Of a stretch of DNA of 64,000 nucleotides, positions 46,699-57,152 are shown piece by piece. The notes under the pieces are model-generated. The model did not search any database. It saw only the letters and a list, made by a program, of their open reading frames with translations, and was not told where the DNA came from. Numbering within the stretch: the first letter of the stretch is position 1; every line of letters starts with the position of its first letter. The translations under genes were made by a program, and so were the position numbers. The stretch is from a virus. The DNA lies in IMG/VR virus record IMGVR_UViG_3300031857_000028, positions 81,754-145,753 of that record; one strand, 5' to 3'.

Positions 46699-48684
46699 CT
46701 ATTGTCTAGCGTAGCCCACAATATCGGTTTCTGGATATCGTATTTCAAATATACACGGGTCAAGCGATGGATAGATAATGTCATCTTCAATTGCCTCATC
46801 GATAGGATATCGATATTCGAAATAATCTCTTCCATCTTTGAATTTATATTTGTTGGTAACAATAACGTCGGTGACCGTTTGTACTCCTTCCACTGACCCA
46901 ATTGTTAATCGTAAATCATTCATAATAATTGGTTGATTAATTTGCCACTTGTCTATATTGAAAAATTGTTTAATTGCATCGATACATCGGGCAATTACAT
47001 CATTCATATTATAATTTCTGTACACGATGATACGAAATTCCACTGCAATATTAACCACAAATGCATCAATAATATTTACATCGTCTGTCAACATACGATA
47101 TTGTTCTAAATATTTTGCCAAATTTTTCTTAACTAATGCGTTAAGTGGTGCTAAACGCCGTTCGGCATTATATCCCAATACGTACAAATTGATTGAATTT
47201 GGAGCAACTGGATCGTATACATACGTTCTATTATTAAACGGATTTGCGTCATTATTTACTAGCAACGTTTCTGGATTTTGAGATTCTATTTCGCTAATTT
47301 GTTCGTCTCTGACAACAAATACTTTTGATATTTGTCCAAATTTGGATGGCATTGCCAACGAACGAACCACGTAATCTTTATCAGTAACTACTCTGTTTTG
47401 TGCATTAAAAAATGCTAAGGCATTTTGTCGAATTTCTTCAACAGTTTCTATATTACCGCCACCCCTAGCAGGTTCTTCGTTTTTTATTGCTAAACTAGCC
47501 ACCACTTCAGCAAATAAATTTTGTTCTGCTGCAGTGTAATCGGACCCCAAATTTGCAATTAATGGAAAATCTACCTTATTTATGGTATTTGATGCCACAT
47601 TTGATTCAATTCCACCACCAACTAAATACGTCACTGTTAATGTGGTATTTGCCGGAGCCAATCCAAAACTATCACTCTGTAAGAAATCTGAAGGGTCTAA
47701 ACTTACGTTTGCAATTCCTTGATTATATTTTGTATTTGCAATTTGTCCGGAGTTAAGTGTTACTAGTTCATCATCTAAGTTATTAGTTCCAGACCCAAAC
47801 CATAATTCCATTTTTAAATTTGAATTTACACGAGTAGTAAATCTTCTAGGTTTTCTACGCAACACTGCCAATTTTGCAGGAGGTAGTGAGTTTATTTCCA
47901 GTGTATCTTCTGCAAAAAATCCATCAGGCGTACGTGTAGAAATATTTTTTTCTTCTAGAATTAAATCTTGACCGAGATAATCAACCTCATACCAAGGATT
48001 GTTTTCACTATCAACTACACCAACAATTGAAACGACATTCGAATCTGGTATTTCTACTCTCGTAAATTTTTGTGCAGAGCCAAAAGTAAATGTGACTGTT
48101 TTTAAATCTGCCGACACTAATTTTATTTTTTTAGATACCACATACATTGTAGGTGCATTATTGATATCTCTGGAAAGAATTCTAATTGTTCTACCCGACG
48201 CGTCTGCAAAATCTACATCTTGAATTGACCTAAATGATTGTATCGGAGGAACGTCTGTAGAAAATTTAGAGTTTGTCAGTACTCTCAAAAAAAATCGTTT
48301 ATCCGGTTCGTAATTGTTTAATGCGCCGAGTGCTGGAACCATCTGATATATGGTCGCTTCCACCGTAGAAGTTGCAGTTAATTTTGGTTTGTATCCAAGT
48401 GCTTGGGATATTGCTACAACATTTTGCCTTTCTTTGGCGAACAGTAGTAAATTTTCTTTATATTGATTGTCTATGTAAAATGACATTACATCACCGATAT
48501 ATGCTGCCATTTCCATAAACATCATGCCAGGTGACGCTTCATTAAAATCCGTATACGTGTTTGGATAGTACGTTCTAGCAAATTCAATCAAATTTTGACG
48601 GAATTCGGAGAAATTTTTTGATAAATAATTTACATCTTTAAAATTTGGTGTAAATTTTTTAGTTATAGATTGGTTTACTGCCAT
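46699..48684 (-). CDS. Baseplate wedge subunit (T4 gp6 / baseplate J-like)
   Basis: YTDFNEASPGMMFMEMAAYIGDV.SFY.D, ALGYKP, FGSG, Y.VGGG...N, GG...E..EEIR.NA...F.AQNR.VT..DY. Confidence 0.9.
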   Translation of the reverse strand: MAVNQSITKKFTPNFKDVNYLSKNFSEFRQNLIEFARTYYPNTYTDFNEASPGMMFMEMAAYIGDVMSFYIDNQYKENLLLFAKERQNVVAISQALGYKPKLTATSTVEATIYQMVPALGALNNYEPDKRFFLRVLTNSKFSTDVPPIQSFRSIQDVDFADASGRTIRILSRDINNAPTMYVVSKKIKLVSADLKTVTFTFGSAQKFTRVEIPDSNVVSIVGVVDSENNPWYEVDYLGQDLILEEKNISTRTPDGFFAEDTLEINSLPPAKLAVLRRKPRRFTTRVNSNLKMELWFGSGTNNLDDELVTLNSGQIANTKYNQGIANVSLDPSDFLQSDSFGLAPANTTLTVTYLVGGGIESNVASNTINKVDFPLIANLGSDYTAAEQNLFAEVVASLAIKNEEPARGGGNIETVEEIRQNALAFFNAQNRVVTDKDYVVRSLAMPSKFGQISKVFVVRDEQISEIESQNPETLLVNNDANPFNNRTYVYDPVAPNSINLYVLGYNAERRLAPLNALVKKNLAKYLEQYRMLTDDVNIIDAFVVNIAVEFRIIVYRNYNMNDVIARCIDAIKQFFNIDKWQINQPIIMNDLRLTIGSVEGVQTVTDVIVTNKYKFKDGRDYFEYRYPIDEAIEDDIIYPSLDPCIFEIRYPETDIVGYARQ

Positions 48685-48694
48685 TAATTATCTC

Positions 48695-49075
48695 CTAAAA
48701 CGTCAAAATTATTGTATCTCTAATATTCGGATTTCTTCTGAGCCTATATCCCACGTATAATTGTAGTCTATTGTTATCGATGTCAATAGGTGCAGAATTT
48801 AACTCAAATTGTACCAGTTCTAAGAACGGCATCCATCGTTCTACTGCGTCAACCACCGACAGTCGTGCCCCTTCAATATTTTCAGCGGTAAGTTGCTCAA
48901 ATAAGTAATCATGGATACCACAACCAAATTCGGGTTGATGAACTCGTTCCCCCTTTCTAGTAAGTATCAGATTTATAAAATTTGACTTAACTTGTGTTAA
49001 CGTATCGAACGATTGTTCAAAATATCCAGTATTTCCCAATTTAAGGGGTAGAGTAATTCCTATGCCCTGCGCCAT
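48695..49075 (-). CDS. Baseplate wedge/sheath initiator (gp25-like)
   Basis: NLILTRKGERVHQPEFGCGI..YLFE ... RWMPF. Confidence 0.92.
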   Translation of the reverse strand: MAQGIGITLPLKLGNTGYFEQSFDTLTQVKSNFINLILTRKGERVHQPEFGCGIHDYLFEQLTAENIEGARLSVVDAVERWMPFLELVQFELNSAPIDIDNNRLQLYVGYRLRRNPNIRDTIILTF

Positions 49076-49083
49076 ATATCATC

Positions 49084-49413
49084 TCAAGTGAGTTTTAGTT
49101 TCTTCATTAACTGTGAATAATCTTTAGTAACCGCCTTCACTACTTCTGGATCAACATCTCTTGGTGCATTTTCTGGTAACGGTACCGCCATATTGTTTGT
49201 AGTTGCACGTAACGTCTCTCCATCATATGTAAGACCCATGAGTTCAGATAATCTACCTCGGTCCAAGGTAGGTTTTTTCTGGGGTGGTTGCGTTTTATTC
49301 TCAGAAAGTTGTTTTATTTCAACAACTGCTTCAGCAAGAAGTTCTGGTAATACACGCTTCACCTCTTCTTCAACTATAGTTCGTATATATGCTTTTAATA
49401 ATTGCCTGTCCAT
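49084..49413 (-). CDS. Hypothetical protein
   Basis: Helical, with C-terminal A.TKDYSQLMK; operon context. Confidence 0.55.
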   Translation of the reverse strand: MDRQLLKAYIRTIVEEEVKRVLPELLAEAVVEIKQLSENKTQPPQKKPTLDRGRLSELMGLTYDGETLRATTNNMAVPLPENAPRDVDPEVVKAVTKDYSQLMKKLKLT

Positions 49414-49435
49414 ATAAATGTCCTGTATGTGAGGG

Positions 49436-50005
49436 TTATTCTTTTACCGTTGGTAGTGATAACGGGAGTGTTGGTAATTTTGGTATCGTTGGTGGCTTTG
49501 GAATACTTGGAAGTGCCGTCAACGATGTCGGTGGTTTCATCGGAAATGTAAAATTTTCTTTTGCTTTTTTTAAATTTTGCTTACTTACTTTCTGTTTCAA
49601 TTCTCGTAACTCTTTTTGTGCTCTTAAAAAAACAATTGTTGCTAATACTTTTGGATCTAAAATAGGAGGTTTTAGATATAATGCCAAACCTGCTGCAAGT
49701 AATGGCCCAAGAAATGCCGCTTTATCTTTTAGTTCTTCTATTTTTTTATCCTTTTCTTGCTCCAACTTAGTTTGTTGCTCTCCGACTAACTTTTGTGCTT
49801 CTGCTTTTGCTTGTTGCTTTAATAATTCAGGGTCTTTCGTTCTTGGTAGTTTTTTTAACTTTTCTGCAGCCGCACCTGCAGCAGGTGGTATTACTGCTGT
49901 GGCCGCAGAAGCTGCAGAGGAGGCTGCAGCATTTGCCGCAGATGATGCTGCTCCAGTGGCAGCCTTTTTTGTTACATTAATTGCATTGGATATTGCATCT
50001 GACAT
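49436..50005 (-). CDS. Low-complexity Ala/Lys/Pro-rich hypothetical protein
   Basis: Fills the gap between the gp5-like gene and the next gene on the coding strand. Confidence 0.5.
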   Translation of the reverse strand: MSDAISNAINVTKKAATGAASSAANAAASSAASAATAVIPPAAGAAAEKLKKLPRTKDPELLKQQAKAEAQKLVGEQQTKLEQEKDKKIEELKDKAAFLGPLLAAGLALYLKPPILDPKVLATIVFLRAQKELRELKQKVSKQNLKKAKENFTFPMKPPTSLTALPSIPKPPTIPKLPTLPLSLPTVKE

Positions 50006-50006
50006 A

Positions 50007-51527
50007 TTATACGGTCCTATAGTAGTTATCAGTTAATGTCCATGTGTTGTTTTCAATAACTGTCGGTTTACCCGTTTTAAAGTTATTTTCTACTATCTCA
50101 GGCACTTCATTTCCTAACTTAACAAATCCATCTCCACTGTTAAACGGAGCACCCGAAAATGCGGTTGGAATAGATTGACCAGGATTTGGCAGTACTAACT
50201 CTCCATATAACCTAATCAGTCCCGCCATAATATCTGGATTTAATAATCCCGGCCCAACGGGCGTGATTACATGTGCTGCAGTAGCCGGGCCCGGGACTGG
50301 GAGAGGGACTATGGTAGTAGTTGCATCTACCCATGGAAGTACTGCTGAAGGCGTTCCCATCAAGGTTACGATGAGTCTCGCCAACCACTTCGATAAACTT
50401 GTTCCACCGACCATAGGTTCAGCATCACCCGTTACACTACCAAAATATAATTTATCTGCTACAAAGGATATGGCGTTTTCTGCAATAATCGACACGTTAT
50501 TACCCACAGATATCGTATAATCATTGTCTGCAATATTGTCAATGTTTCTGCTTGCCAAATTTCGTATATCAATATTTGCAGTTAATATGATACTACTGTC
50601 GGTATCTACTGCCGTATTTTTAAAACTGTTCAAGTAAATTTCTTCTTGGGCAAACATCATGATGTGCGTTTTCTTTGCACCCAATACAATCCGGTCGGAG
50701 TTTAATATAATTGACGCACCATCATACTGCTGTGGTGGGTTTTTTATAGATCTATAAAATGAACCTACATTTATTGTAGTGGGTTCGTATGGAATTACTT
50801 GGTCTGATGTCATCCATATAGATGATGCATCTTTATTCACATCCTCCAAAATTAATCCGAAGATTTTGTCGCTTGTACATGCGTCAGTTTCAACGTCCTT
50901 TGCTTGTCCAGTTCTTAGTATCAAATTAGGAGCCATTCCTTTACTACTTGGATCTATTTGACTTGAACCAAACCGTATAGAGTGTCCCATTCGACCTTGA
51001 AATAATACATCTCCTTCAAAGTGCTTCAAAGGACGTACTCTACTATCAGGTTTGTAGTATTCACCAAATTGATGCGGTTCTGACTCAATTTCACCATTAC
51101 CGGACGTAGTGGGTGAACTTAATTTTTTAGAACGATTATTTAATGCGTCATTCAATTTTAACATTGAATTTTCTTGCAGTCTATGTGCAATATTAACCTT
51201 TCTCATATAGAAAAAGTTACCTAAAAACTTATGCAATACAACAAACTCTCCAAGTAATGGTAATTCTTGTATAGTTGTATCCATTGGTTCTGCCCAATCC
51301 AACAACTCGTCATCTCTACCATCATGTACAGAAAAAATTCGTACCTTTATCATACCGACATTATAACCATCTGCGGAGTATTGTGGGTGGAAATGATCAA
51401 CAATCACATCCACCACAATTGCTTCGTAATAGGATTTAGTTACTGATTTTGCAGAATCACTTGTTGTTGATGTTGCTAATAAACCCGAAGGTTTTGTTCT
51501 AGTAACGTATCTATTCCCAGATGCCAT
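50007..51527 (-). CDS. Baseplate hub/spike protein (gp5-like OB fold plus beta-helix, no lysozyme domain seen)
   Basis: G.IKVRI...WAEP....LP..GE.V; EGDVLFQGRMGHSIRFGS; I.LNSDRI; repeating beta-strand segment. Confidence 0.7.
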   Translation of the reverse strand: MASGNRYVTRTKPSGLLATSTTSDSAKSVTKSYYEAIVVDVIVDHFHPQYSADGYNVGMIKVRIFSVHDGRDDELLDWAEPMDTTIQELPLLGEFVVLHKFLGNFFYMRKVNIAHRLQENSMLKLNDALNNRSKKLSSPTTSGNGEIESEPHQFGEYYKPDSRVRPLKHFEGDVLFQGRMGHSIRFGSSQIDPSSKGMAPNLILRTGQAKDVETDACTSDKIFGLILEDVNKDASSIWMTSDQVIPYEPTTINVGSFYRSIKNPPQQYDGASIILNSDRIVLGAKKTHIMMFAQEEIYLNSFKNTAVDTDSSIILTANIDIRNLASRNIDNIADNDYTISVGNNVSIIAENAISFVADKLYFGSVTGDAEPMVGGTSLSKWLARLIVTLMGTPSAVLPWVDATTTIVPLPVPGPATAAHVITPVGPGLLNPDIMAGLIRLYGELVLPNPGQSIPTAFSGAPFNSGDGFVKLGNEVPEIVENNFKTGKPTVIENNTWTLTDNYYRTV

Positions 51528-51528
51528 A

Positions 51529-51915
51529 TTATTTGTTCAGTTGTTGAATGGACTGTTCTAGTTCATATTGTTCATTAATAACCGTTTCAAAATCAGTTTT
51601 TATATTATTTAATAATTGCAATTTTTCTTCTTCACTCAACATATCGCCTGCAGAATTACTTTTCGTTCCAACTGAGACTATTCTTTGTGCAATTTGAGCC
51701 AGTCTAACTAAATGTTCATCGTTTTTAACATTGACCTCTAGAAAATCTTTAACCACTGGGCCCAGCACGGCAGCGTCTTCAGGCGTTCGTATTAATTTTA
51801 ACATACTTAATACGAGTTGGTCTATTTGTTGTCGCTTTTTATCTGTATTTTTATAGATGTCTGAAAACAAGTCTGATAATGTTTTTCCATCGAAAAGTTC
51901 TGTGTCTAAGGACAT
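51529..51915 (-). CDS. Hypothetical helical protein
   Basis: LFDGKTLSDLF.DIY...VKNDEHLVRLAQIAQR; TATTTATA at 51941-51948. Confidence 0.6.
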   Translation of the reverse strand: MSLDTELFDGKTLSDLFSDIYKNTDKKRQQIDQLVLSMLKLIRTPEDAAVLGPVVKDFLEVNVKNDEHLVRLAQIAQRIVSVGTKSNSAGDMLSEEEKLQLLNNIKTDFETVINEQYELEQSIQQLNK

Positions 51916-51955
51916 ATAATTTACCTTAAAGTGTCTGATTTATAAATAGTTATTT

Positions 51956-52717
51956 TTATTGATTACAGACGAAAAACATGGATGGATCGGATAAATGTCC
52001 TGACCTACGATATTCTTTCATTTGCTGTAGTACGTGTGCTTTCATTTTATTGATAACTTTGGTTATATGCACTGTTTTATTATCCGTCATCTCACGTATC
52101 AGCACGTATAAGGCTTTTTTATTAAAATTTTCAATAGTATTTGCCCGTTTCATCAATTCAACAACCGCATTTGCAATTTCCTTATCACGTTTTTTCTTAA
52201 AAATGCGGTCCAAATTAAAATCCCAATATTGAATCAATAACTCCATAAAATCACTAGTATCCCTTTGAGATGATTCTACCTCTGGTTTTGTAGTGAGCAC
52301 CTCTTCTAATAAGAAAGACTCGTCACTGGACGGGTCAACTATATGCGTTGACCGCAATTCATCCCGGTACGAGTTATTATTATGTAACACTAGATAGTTT
52401 TTTGCCACCACCGAAAAATACGAAAATGCCTTTCCTTTGTTCTCCGTATATTTGTGTAGGTTTAACACTAAGAACGATACCACTTGATTTTTTATGTCTT
52501 CGAAATTTCCATCTATATAGGGAAATTTAAATCTATTGATAACATTTTCGGCAAGTTTATCTATTGCTGGATGAATTTTTTCACGAAAGATAATTTCTCG
52601 TTCCTCCAAATCATCCATTTTATTAAACTTCACAATTGCCTTTTCAGTTTCATCGGTAAAATACATCTTACCTAATTTAGCTCTACGAATTTCCAAATCA
52701 GTTTTCTTTGTTTTCAT
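51956..52717 (-). CDS. Phage RNA polymerase sigma factor (gp55-like, late)
   Basis: YFT...AI..FN; KLAEN.I..FKF; region-2-like KY...KGKAFSYFSVVAKNYL. Confidence 0.75.
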   Translation of the reverse strand: MKTKKTDLEIRRAKLGKMYFTDETEKAIVKFNKMDDLEEREIIFREKIHPAIDKLAENVINRFKFPYIDGNFEDIKNQVVSFLVLNLHKYTENKGKAFSYFSVVAKNYLVLHNNNSYRDELRSTHIVDPSSDESFLLEEVLTTKPEVESSQRDTSDFMELLIQYWDFNLDRIFKKKRDKEIANAVVELMKRANTIENFNKKALYVLIREMTDNKTVHITKVINKMKAHVLQQMKEYRRSGHLSDPSMFFVCNQ

Positions 52718-52973
52718 CTACATCTACCCCATATAAAATAGGACGAAGGTTGGAAAGTATATCAACTAACTGTTGAAATACAGTCCCAACCTCGTCATCG
52801 GTTTCAAACATTTGCCTTGAATCTATTAACCGCATGTTTGCTAACGTTACGGTTAATGCTGAATAGAATTCTTCTATACTCTCTTCGTACACCGAAATCT
52901 TTTTTGTTAAGTTCCACACTACATAAGAAAGTATCAAACATAAGACTGCTAAAAATACTGTCAATATCATCAT
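52698..52973 (-). CDS. Small membrane protein
   Basis: One N-terminal TM helix; adjacent to the lysozyme-like gene. Confidence 0.55.
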   Translation of the reverse strand: MMILTVFLAVLCLILSYVVWNLTKKISVYEESIEEFYSALTVTLANMRLIDSRQMFETDDEVGTVFQQLVDILSNLRPILYGVDVDENKEN

Positions 52974-53494
52974 ATCTGCGGTAAGTTGAAGTTACTGAAA
53001 TAACTCATATATTTTGTAATGGTTGTTCCTCGTGCATCAGCAATATTTGCACCTCGACCCGTTAAGAAAGCACGTACCCCACCACTACCTGCAAAATGTG
53101 CACCGGCTAAAATTCCAGCTCGTGTTATTTTCACACCGTTTACGACCTTACCATTATATTTTCTAATCAACGGGGCAAGTTCTCGGTGATTTGCTTTCAT
53201 GTAAGCTAACATAACACTATCCTGTAACTTGGAATCTCGTAAAAATTGCTTTTGTGATGTATTAAATCCCAACGCTTTTACTGTACCTGGACTAAATTGA
53301 TACTTACCCATCATACCAAATTCATTTGTAATTTTATGATTTCCACCACTTTCAATGTATGCCACTCGTTTCATGAATAATTCAACCTGCGTTGGTTGGG
53401 ACATTGGAATCTTTTTTACTGTGACGTTGGGTAATTTATCGGTGATAAATACGGCTAATGCCAAAACACTTATAAAAATTAGTTTTTTCATCAT
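52970..53494 (-). CDS. Lysozyme/lytic-transglycosylase-like peptidoglycan hydrolase with an N-terminal signal or anchor
   Basis: IESGGN....N..G.MGKYQF; FL....LQD; ILAGAHFAG.GG. Confidence 0.7.
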   Translation of the reverse strand: MMKKLIFISVLALAVFITDKLPNVTVKKIPMSQPTQVELFMKRVAYIESGGNHKITNEFGMMGKYQFSPGTVKALGFNTSQKQFLRDSKLQDSVMLAYMKANHRELAPLIRKYNGKVVNGVKITRAGILAGAHFAGSGGVRAFLTGRGANIADARGTTITKYMSYFSNFNLPQI

Positions 53495-53501
53495 AATATT
53501 C

Positions 53502-54521
53502 TCACGTTAGTAGATGTGGTTGACCCTCCCGTGCACCAGCATTGGTGACCACCACATATTCTGGATGAAACTCTTGAAGGTTATTTGCTCCAGCATAAGA
53601 CAGAGCTGAACGTAGCCCATCAAGTAATCTTTCAATTGTGAAATTGACAGAACCTTTAAATGGTACAACGGTTGATTCACCTTCAACATTTCTAGGTGCT
53701 TGCCCGTGTACCGTTTTTGTTTCCAAAGATGCCGCTCCACGGTATCGTTTATACAGACCGTTTGACTTCTCTATAATTGCACCAGGCGCTTCTTTGGTAC
53801 CTGCCAACAGTGACCCTAAAATAACCGAACTGGCTCCAACTGCTAGTGCCTTGGCAATATCACCACTGTTACGAATGCCACCGCAAGCAATAACTGGTAC
53901 CGTTACTACGTCACTACAATCTTCAAGGGATGTAACATTTGGAACACCGAACCCAGTTTTTACTCGGGTAGTACATAATGAACCACCACCAATACCCACT
54001 CGGATTGCATCTGCTCCCCAATATTCAAGGTCTATTGCGGCTTGTTGAGTTGCAACATTTCCAGCAATAATATCTACATGAACGGGTAGATGTTTTTTTA
54101 GATTGGTTATAGCATCTTTTACGAACTTATGGTGTCCATGTGCCACATCTATTAATATAACATTAGCACCTGCTTTTGTCAACTCCTGTGCTCGTTCTAA
54201 ATAATCACCATTTGCACCGACTGCTGCCATAACATGTTGCGTCCATGTTGAATTTAGCCGCACCTGTCTACTGGTAGATACTACTTCATGTGCTTGTGGT
54301 TCAATTGGCATAAACCGATGAATACATCCAATTCCCCCTAGTTCGGCCATTGCTGCAGCCATAAAACCGTCACAGACCGTATCCATTGGCGAGGCAATTA
54401 ACGGAACCCTAAGAGAATAATTAGTAGTCAACTGTGTTGTTAGGTCAATATTTTGACGAGATTCGATTTCACTGTATGACGGAAGTAATGTTATATCGTC
54501 ATATGTTAGTGCCGTTTTCAT
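53502..54521 (-). CDS. IMP dehydrogenase / GMP reductase (no CBS domains)
   Basis: LTYDD, ASPMDTV, GGIGCIHR, IDVAHGH, AGNVAT, VGIGGGSLCTTR (catalytic Cys), GGIR..GD..KALA.GA. Confidence 0.92.
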   Translation of the reverse strand: MKTALTYDDITLLPSYSEIESRQNIDLTTQLTTNYSLRVPLIASPMDTVCDGFMAAAMAELGGIGCIHRFMPIEPQAHEVVSTSRQVRLNSTWTQHVMAAVGANGDYLERAQELTKAGANVILIDVAHGHHKFVKDAITNLKKHLPVHVDIIAGNVATQQAAIDLEYWGADAIRVGIGGGSLCTTRVKTGFGVPNVTSLEDCSDVVTVPVIACGGIRNSGDIAKALAVGASSVILGSLLAGTKEAPGAIIEKSNGLYKRYRGAASLETKTVHGQAPRNVEGESTVVPFKGSVNFTIERLLDGLRSALSYAGANNLQEFHPEYVVVTNAGAREGQPHLLT

Positions 54522-54523
54522 AT

Positions 54524-55150
54524 TTACCTCACAATAGTCTGATACAGTTCATTCTGCTTTCTCTGTCGGTCAATATCCTTGATATGATAAAGTGACCATT
54601 CTTCTTCGGCGGGAAGTGGTGCTTGCGTCTTATGACCGACAATACGTTCGTGGACCTTACCTTCCCACTTAATATCTACATGATTACGATATAAACGAGT
54701 CTGATAATCGGGGAACATGACCCACCCATGTTCGTTTACTTGCCATCCCCAACGTTTAATATCATCATCGGTTAACCCGTTTACTACATTGACGCGAGGA
54801 ATGAGGAATAAATCAATGCCATTGTTGTCCACGATATCGTGTAGATATGTTAATAGATTTGGATTGAACGTTTCATCTGCATCAATTTGGAAAATATAAT
54901 CACCCATGCACTGTTCTGTCAAGAAATTTTTATGACCGGCAAAATCTTTGTTTAAGGCATGTTGATGAAGCTTAATAGAGCCAGCTCGTTCATATCCCTC
55001 TAACACATTAATCGTAAATGGGTCAGTGGAAAAATCATCAACCACGACAATTTCATCACCAGACGTTTCACAAAACGGAACCAATTGGTCCAATAAGTCT
55101 TGAATATATTGTCCTTCGTTGTGTGTAGTAATTGCAAAACTAATCATCAT
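54524..55150 (-). CDS. Glycosyltransferase family 2
   Basis: ITTHNE, EIVVVDDFSTD, DF..HKN, IDADE (DxD), PDYQTRLY, VHE. Confidence 0.88.
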   Translation of the reverse strand: MMISFAITTHNEGQYIQDLLDQLVPFCETSGDEIVVVDDFSTDPFTINVLEGYERAGSIKLHQHALNKDFAGHKNFLTEQCMGDYIFQIDADETFNPNLLTYLHDIVDNNGIDLFLIPRVNVVNGLTDDDIKRWGWQVNEHGWVMFPDYQTRLYRNHVDIKWEGKVHERIVGHKTQAPLPAEEEWSLYHIKDIDRQRKQNELYQTIVR

Positions 55151-56046
55151 GGTAAACTCCGATACTTGAATAGTGCCAGTTCTTTTGCTTTTGCCTCAAG
55201 GTCAAAATCTAAGGTAAGTCCAAAGTCTTCAATTTTATTGAACACATAATCTGCATGAGCACGTGGGTTACCACTTACATTCTCGTTGAGATTCTTACTC
55301 TCACTATAATGAAAGAGTGGCGTAATTGAACGAGGCCATGTACTTGCCGCAAGTTTTGCTGCATCTTCGGTTGTCAACCCATCTGGGTGAAATTGATGGT
55401 GAAAATAATCAAATGTAATCGGAATACTTGTTCGTGCATGAATATATTCGAACAACTGCTTTACAGAAAAGGCCGACTGCTTATCGTCGTTTTCTACAAC
55501 CATACGATTTCGACAATTTTCGGAAAGTCGGTTGTAACTAGCAATCCAACGGTCGGCGGTTTCTTTGGAAAAGTTCATACCGACATGGATGTTCAATGCG
55601 TTGTATGGTGTTGCGCTCAATCCCATGAGGTCAAACACAGTAGAATGTAACTCCAAATCCTTGATGGAATTTTCTACAACTTTGTCTTTTACGGAACCCA
55701 GTTTGACAAAGTGGTCGGGGTGAGCAGTAATACGTTGACTGCGGAATGTTGCAAGTTGACCAGCAAGCACCAGTGTGTCGGCAATTTCATCATAATCGGG
55801 GAGGTTACGTACATCGTATTCACTTCCCCACGGGAAAATTCCAGAACCCATACGAAAGACTTCTACGTCATTTTCGTAGTTCCATTCAATAATCTTCACA
55901 AGGTCTTTGGCGTTAAGAAGTGCCAATTCAGAGGCATACTTCAAGCCTTTCTCTTTGAAAGTACGTTGAATCATACCTCTACCTGTGGTGATTTTCTTTT
56001 TCTGCAACGTCATATTGATACAACAATAACCGACATTATGGGGCAT
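55147..56046 (-). CDS. uvsE: UV-damage endonuclease
   Basis: GYCCIN, FRMGS..FPW, HPDHF, NIHVG, VENDDK, FDYFHH, HYSES, AHADY, EAKAKE. Confidence 0.93.
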   Translation of the reverse strand: MPHNVGYCCINMTLQKKKITTGRGMIQRTFKEKGLKYASELALLNAKDLVKIIEWNYENDVEVFRMGSGIFPWGSEYDVRNLPDYDEIADTLVLAGQLATFRSQRITAHPDHFVKLGSVKDKVVENSIKDLELHSTVFDLMGLSATPYNALNIHVGMNFSKETADRWIASYNRLSENCRNRMVVENDDKQSAFSVKQLFEYIHARTSIPITFDYFHHQFHPDGLTTEDAAKLAASTWPRSITPLFHYSESKNLNENVSGNPRAHADYVFNKIEDFGLTLDFDLEAKAKELALFKYRSLP

Positions 56047-56075
56047 GTAAATAACCTATTAGTTGAGATGATTGT

Positions 56076-56105
56076 AATCTACCAAATCACACATACAATG
56101 TCAAG
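56076..56105 (-). promoter_or_regulatory. Sigma70-type promoter CTTGACA-N17-TAGATT
   Basis: -35 at 56099-56104, -10 at 56076-56081, upstream of uvsE. Confidence 0.65.
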
Positions 56106-56107
56106 TA

Positions 56108-57085
56108 TTAAATCCGTGAATTTATACGACTGTTATAATAGTTTATTGCATTTTGATTATTTTCCCAAAGTTCTTTATTACTCCAATCAAAATTGGGATT
56201 TGTAAATTCCACTCGTTCTTGCGGTACCTCTACTACGATACTTTCTTCTTCCGACGTAGGTGGGTCGTTTACGATTTCATCGGAATATATGGTATATACC
56301 TTTTCATCACTATCCGTACTACCTTTTAACAGAAAATTTACAGCAATTACGAGAGCAACTGCCAACGGGTCAAATACTAAAACAATGACGAACGTGAACC
56401 ATTTGACCACCGTATCAAGGTCAGTTCCCAATATTTTTGCAATATAGACGAAAGTCCCGATATCACCATTTGTTTCAATTTCCACACGTTTGCTAATATT
56501 GAGGCCATTTAAACTATCCCTCTGAGCTGAAAGGTTGGTTATTTCGTTTTGTAAACTCGTAACATTTTTGTCTGCCGCATTTAACGCATTTTGTGCTATC
56601 CTAATAGAACTGCTGTTACCCGACGTTGACTTAGAAACTAATTGGTCCAATCGTGTTTCTTGTTGGGACCGTAGAGTTATTAATTGATTAAGACGGTCTT
56701 CCTTACGTTTAATATCTTGGTCGATACTGTTTATCCTACCCTGGTTTGTTTCGATGTTAGCGGTCAACGCTAGGGGTGTAGCGGCCACTTTAGCGTAGGC
56801 AGACGATAAATACCCATAGATACCGGCGGATGTAATAATCATTAATATGACAGCAGCAGTCGATAAATAATATTTAAGAGTTTTTGGAATTTCTTTCCAA
56901 TATTGATATAAGAATGAAATACTCACGATTTTTCCTAACTCTAATGCAGATGCCATAATTCCCGCACTAAGTGCAGCACCTGCAAATAATTTTGCAATGC
57001 CCGTGACAGAGAAAATAGCCGCACATAAAGCCACAAATGTGGCTGTTAGTGACGTTGCCGTAATAAGTGATGTTCGTGTATTCAT
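56108..57085 (-). CDS. Multi-pass membrane protein with a central coiled coil
   Basis: Three N-terminal TM segments (FSVTGIAKLFAG, LELGK, ITSAGIYGYLS), coiled coil, C-terminal TM with VFDPLAV. Confidence 0.75.
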   Translation of the reverse strand: MNTRTSLITATSLTATFVALCAAIFSVTGIAKLFAGAALSAGIMASALELGKIVSISFLYQYWKEIPKTLKYYLSTAAVILMIITSAGIYGYLSSAYAKVAATPLALTANIETNQGRINSIDQDIKRKEDRLNQLITLRSQQETRLDQLVSKSTSGNSSSIRIAQNALNAADKNVTSLQNEITNLSAQRDSLNGLNISKRVEIETNGDIGTFVYIAKILGTDLDTVVKWFTFVIVLVFDPLAVALVIAVNFLLKGSTDSDEKVYTIYSDEIVNDPPTSEEESIVVEVPQERVEFTNPNFDWSNKELWENNQNAINYYNSRINSRI

Positions 57086-57152
57086 TGAATTTTGGTAAAA
57101 GGAATGGATAGAACACTATATATTATATATACTCCAACCAATCAGAATTACT

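Noticed and set aside
1171-56447. Many short + strand ORFs and nested minus-strand ORFs (e.g. 1693..1995, 3338..3790, 34814..35299, 49389..50036, 55711..56205)
   Set aside because: Shadow frames of well-supported minus-strand genes, with no supporting motifs
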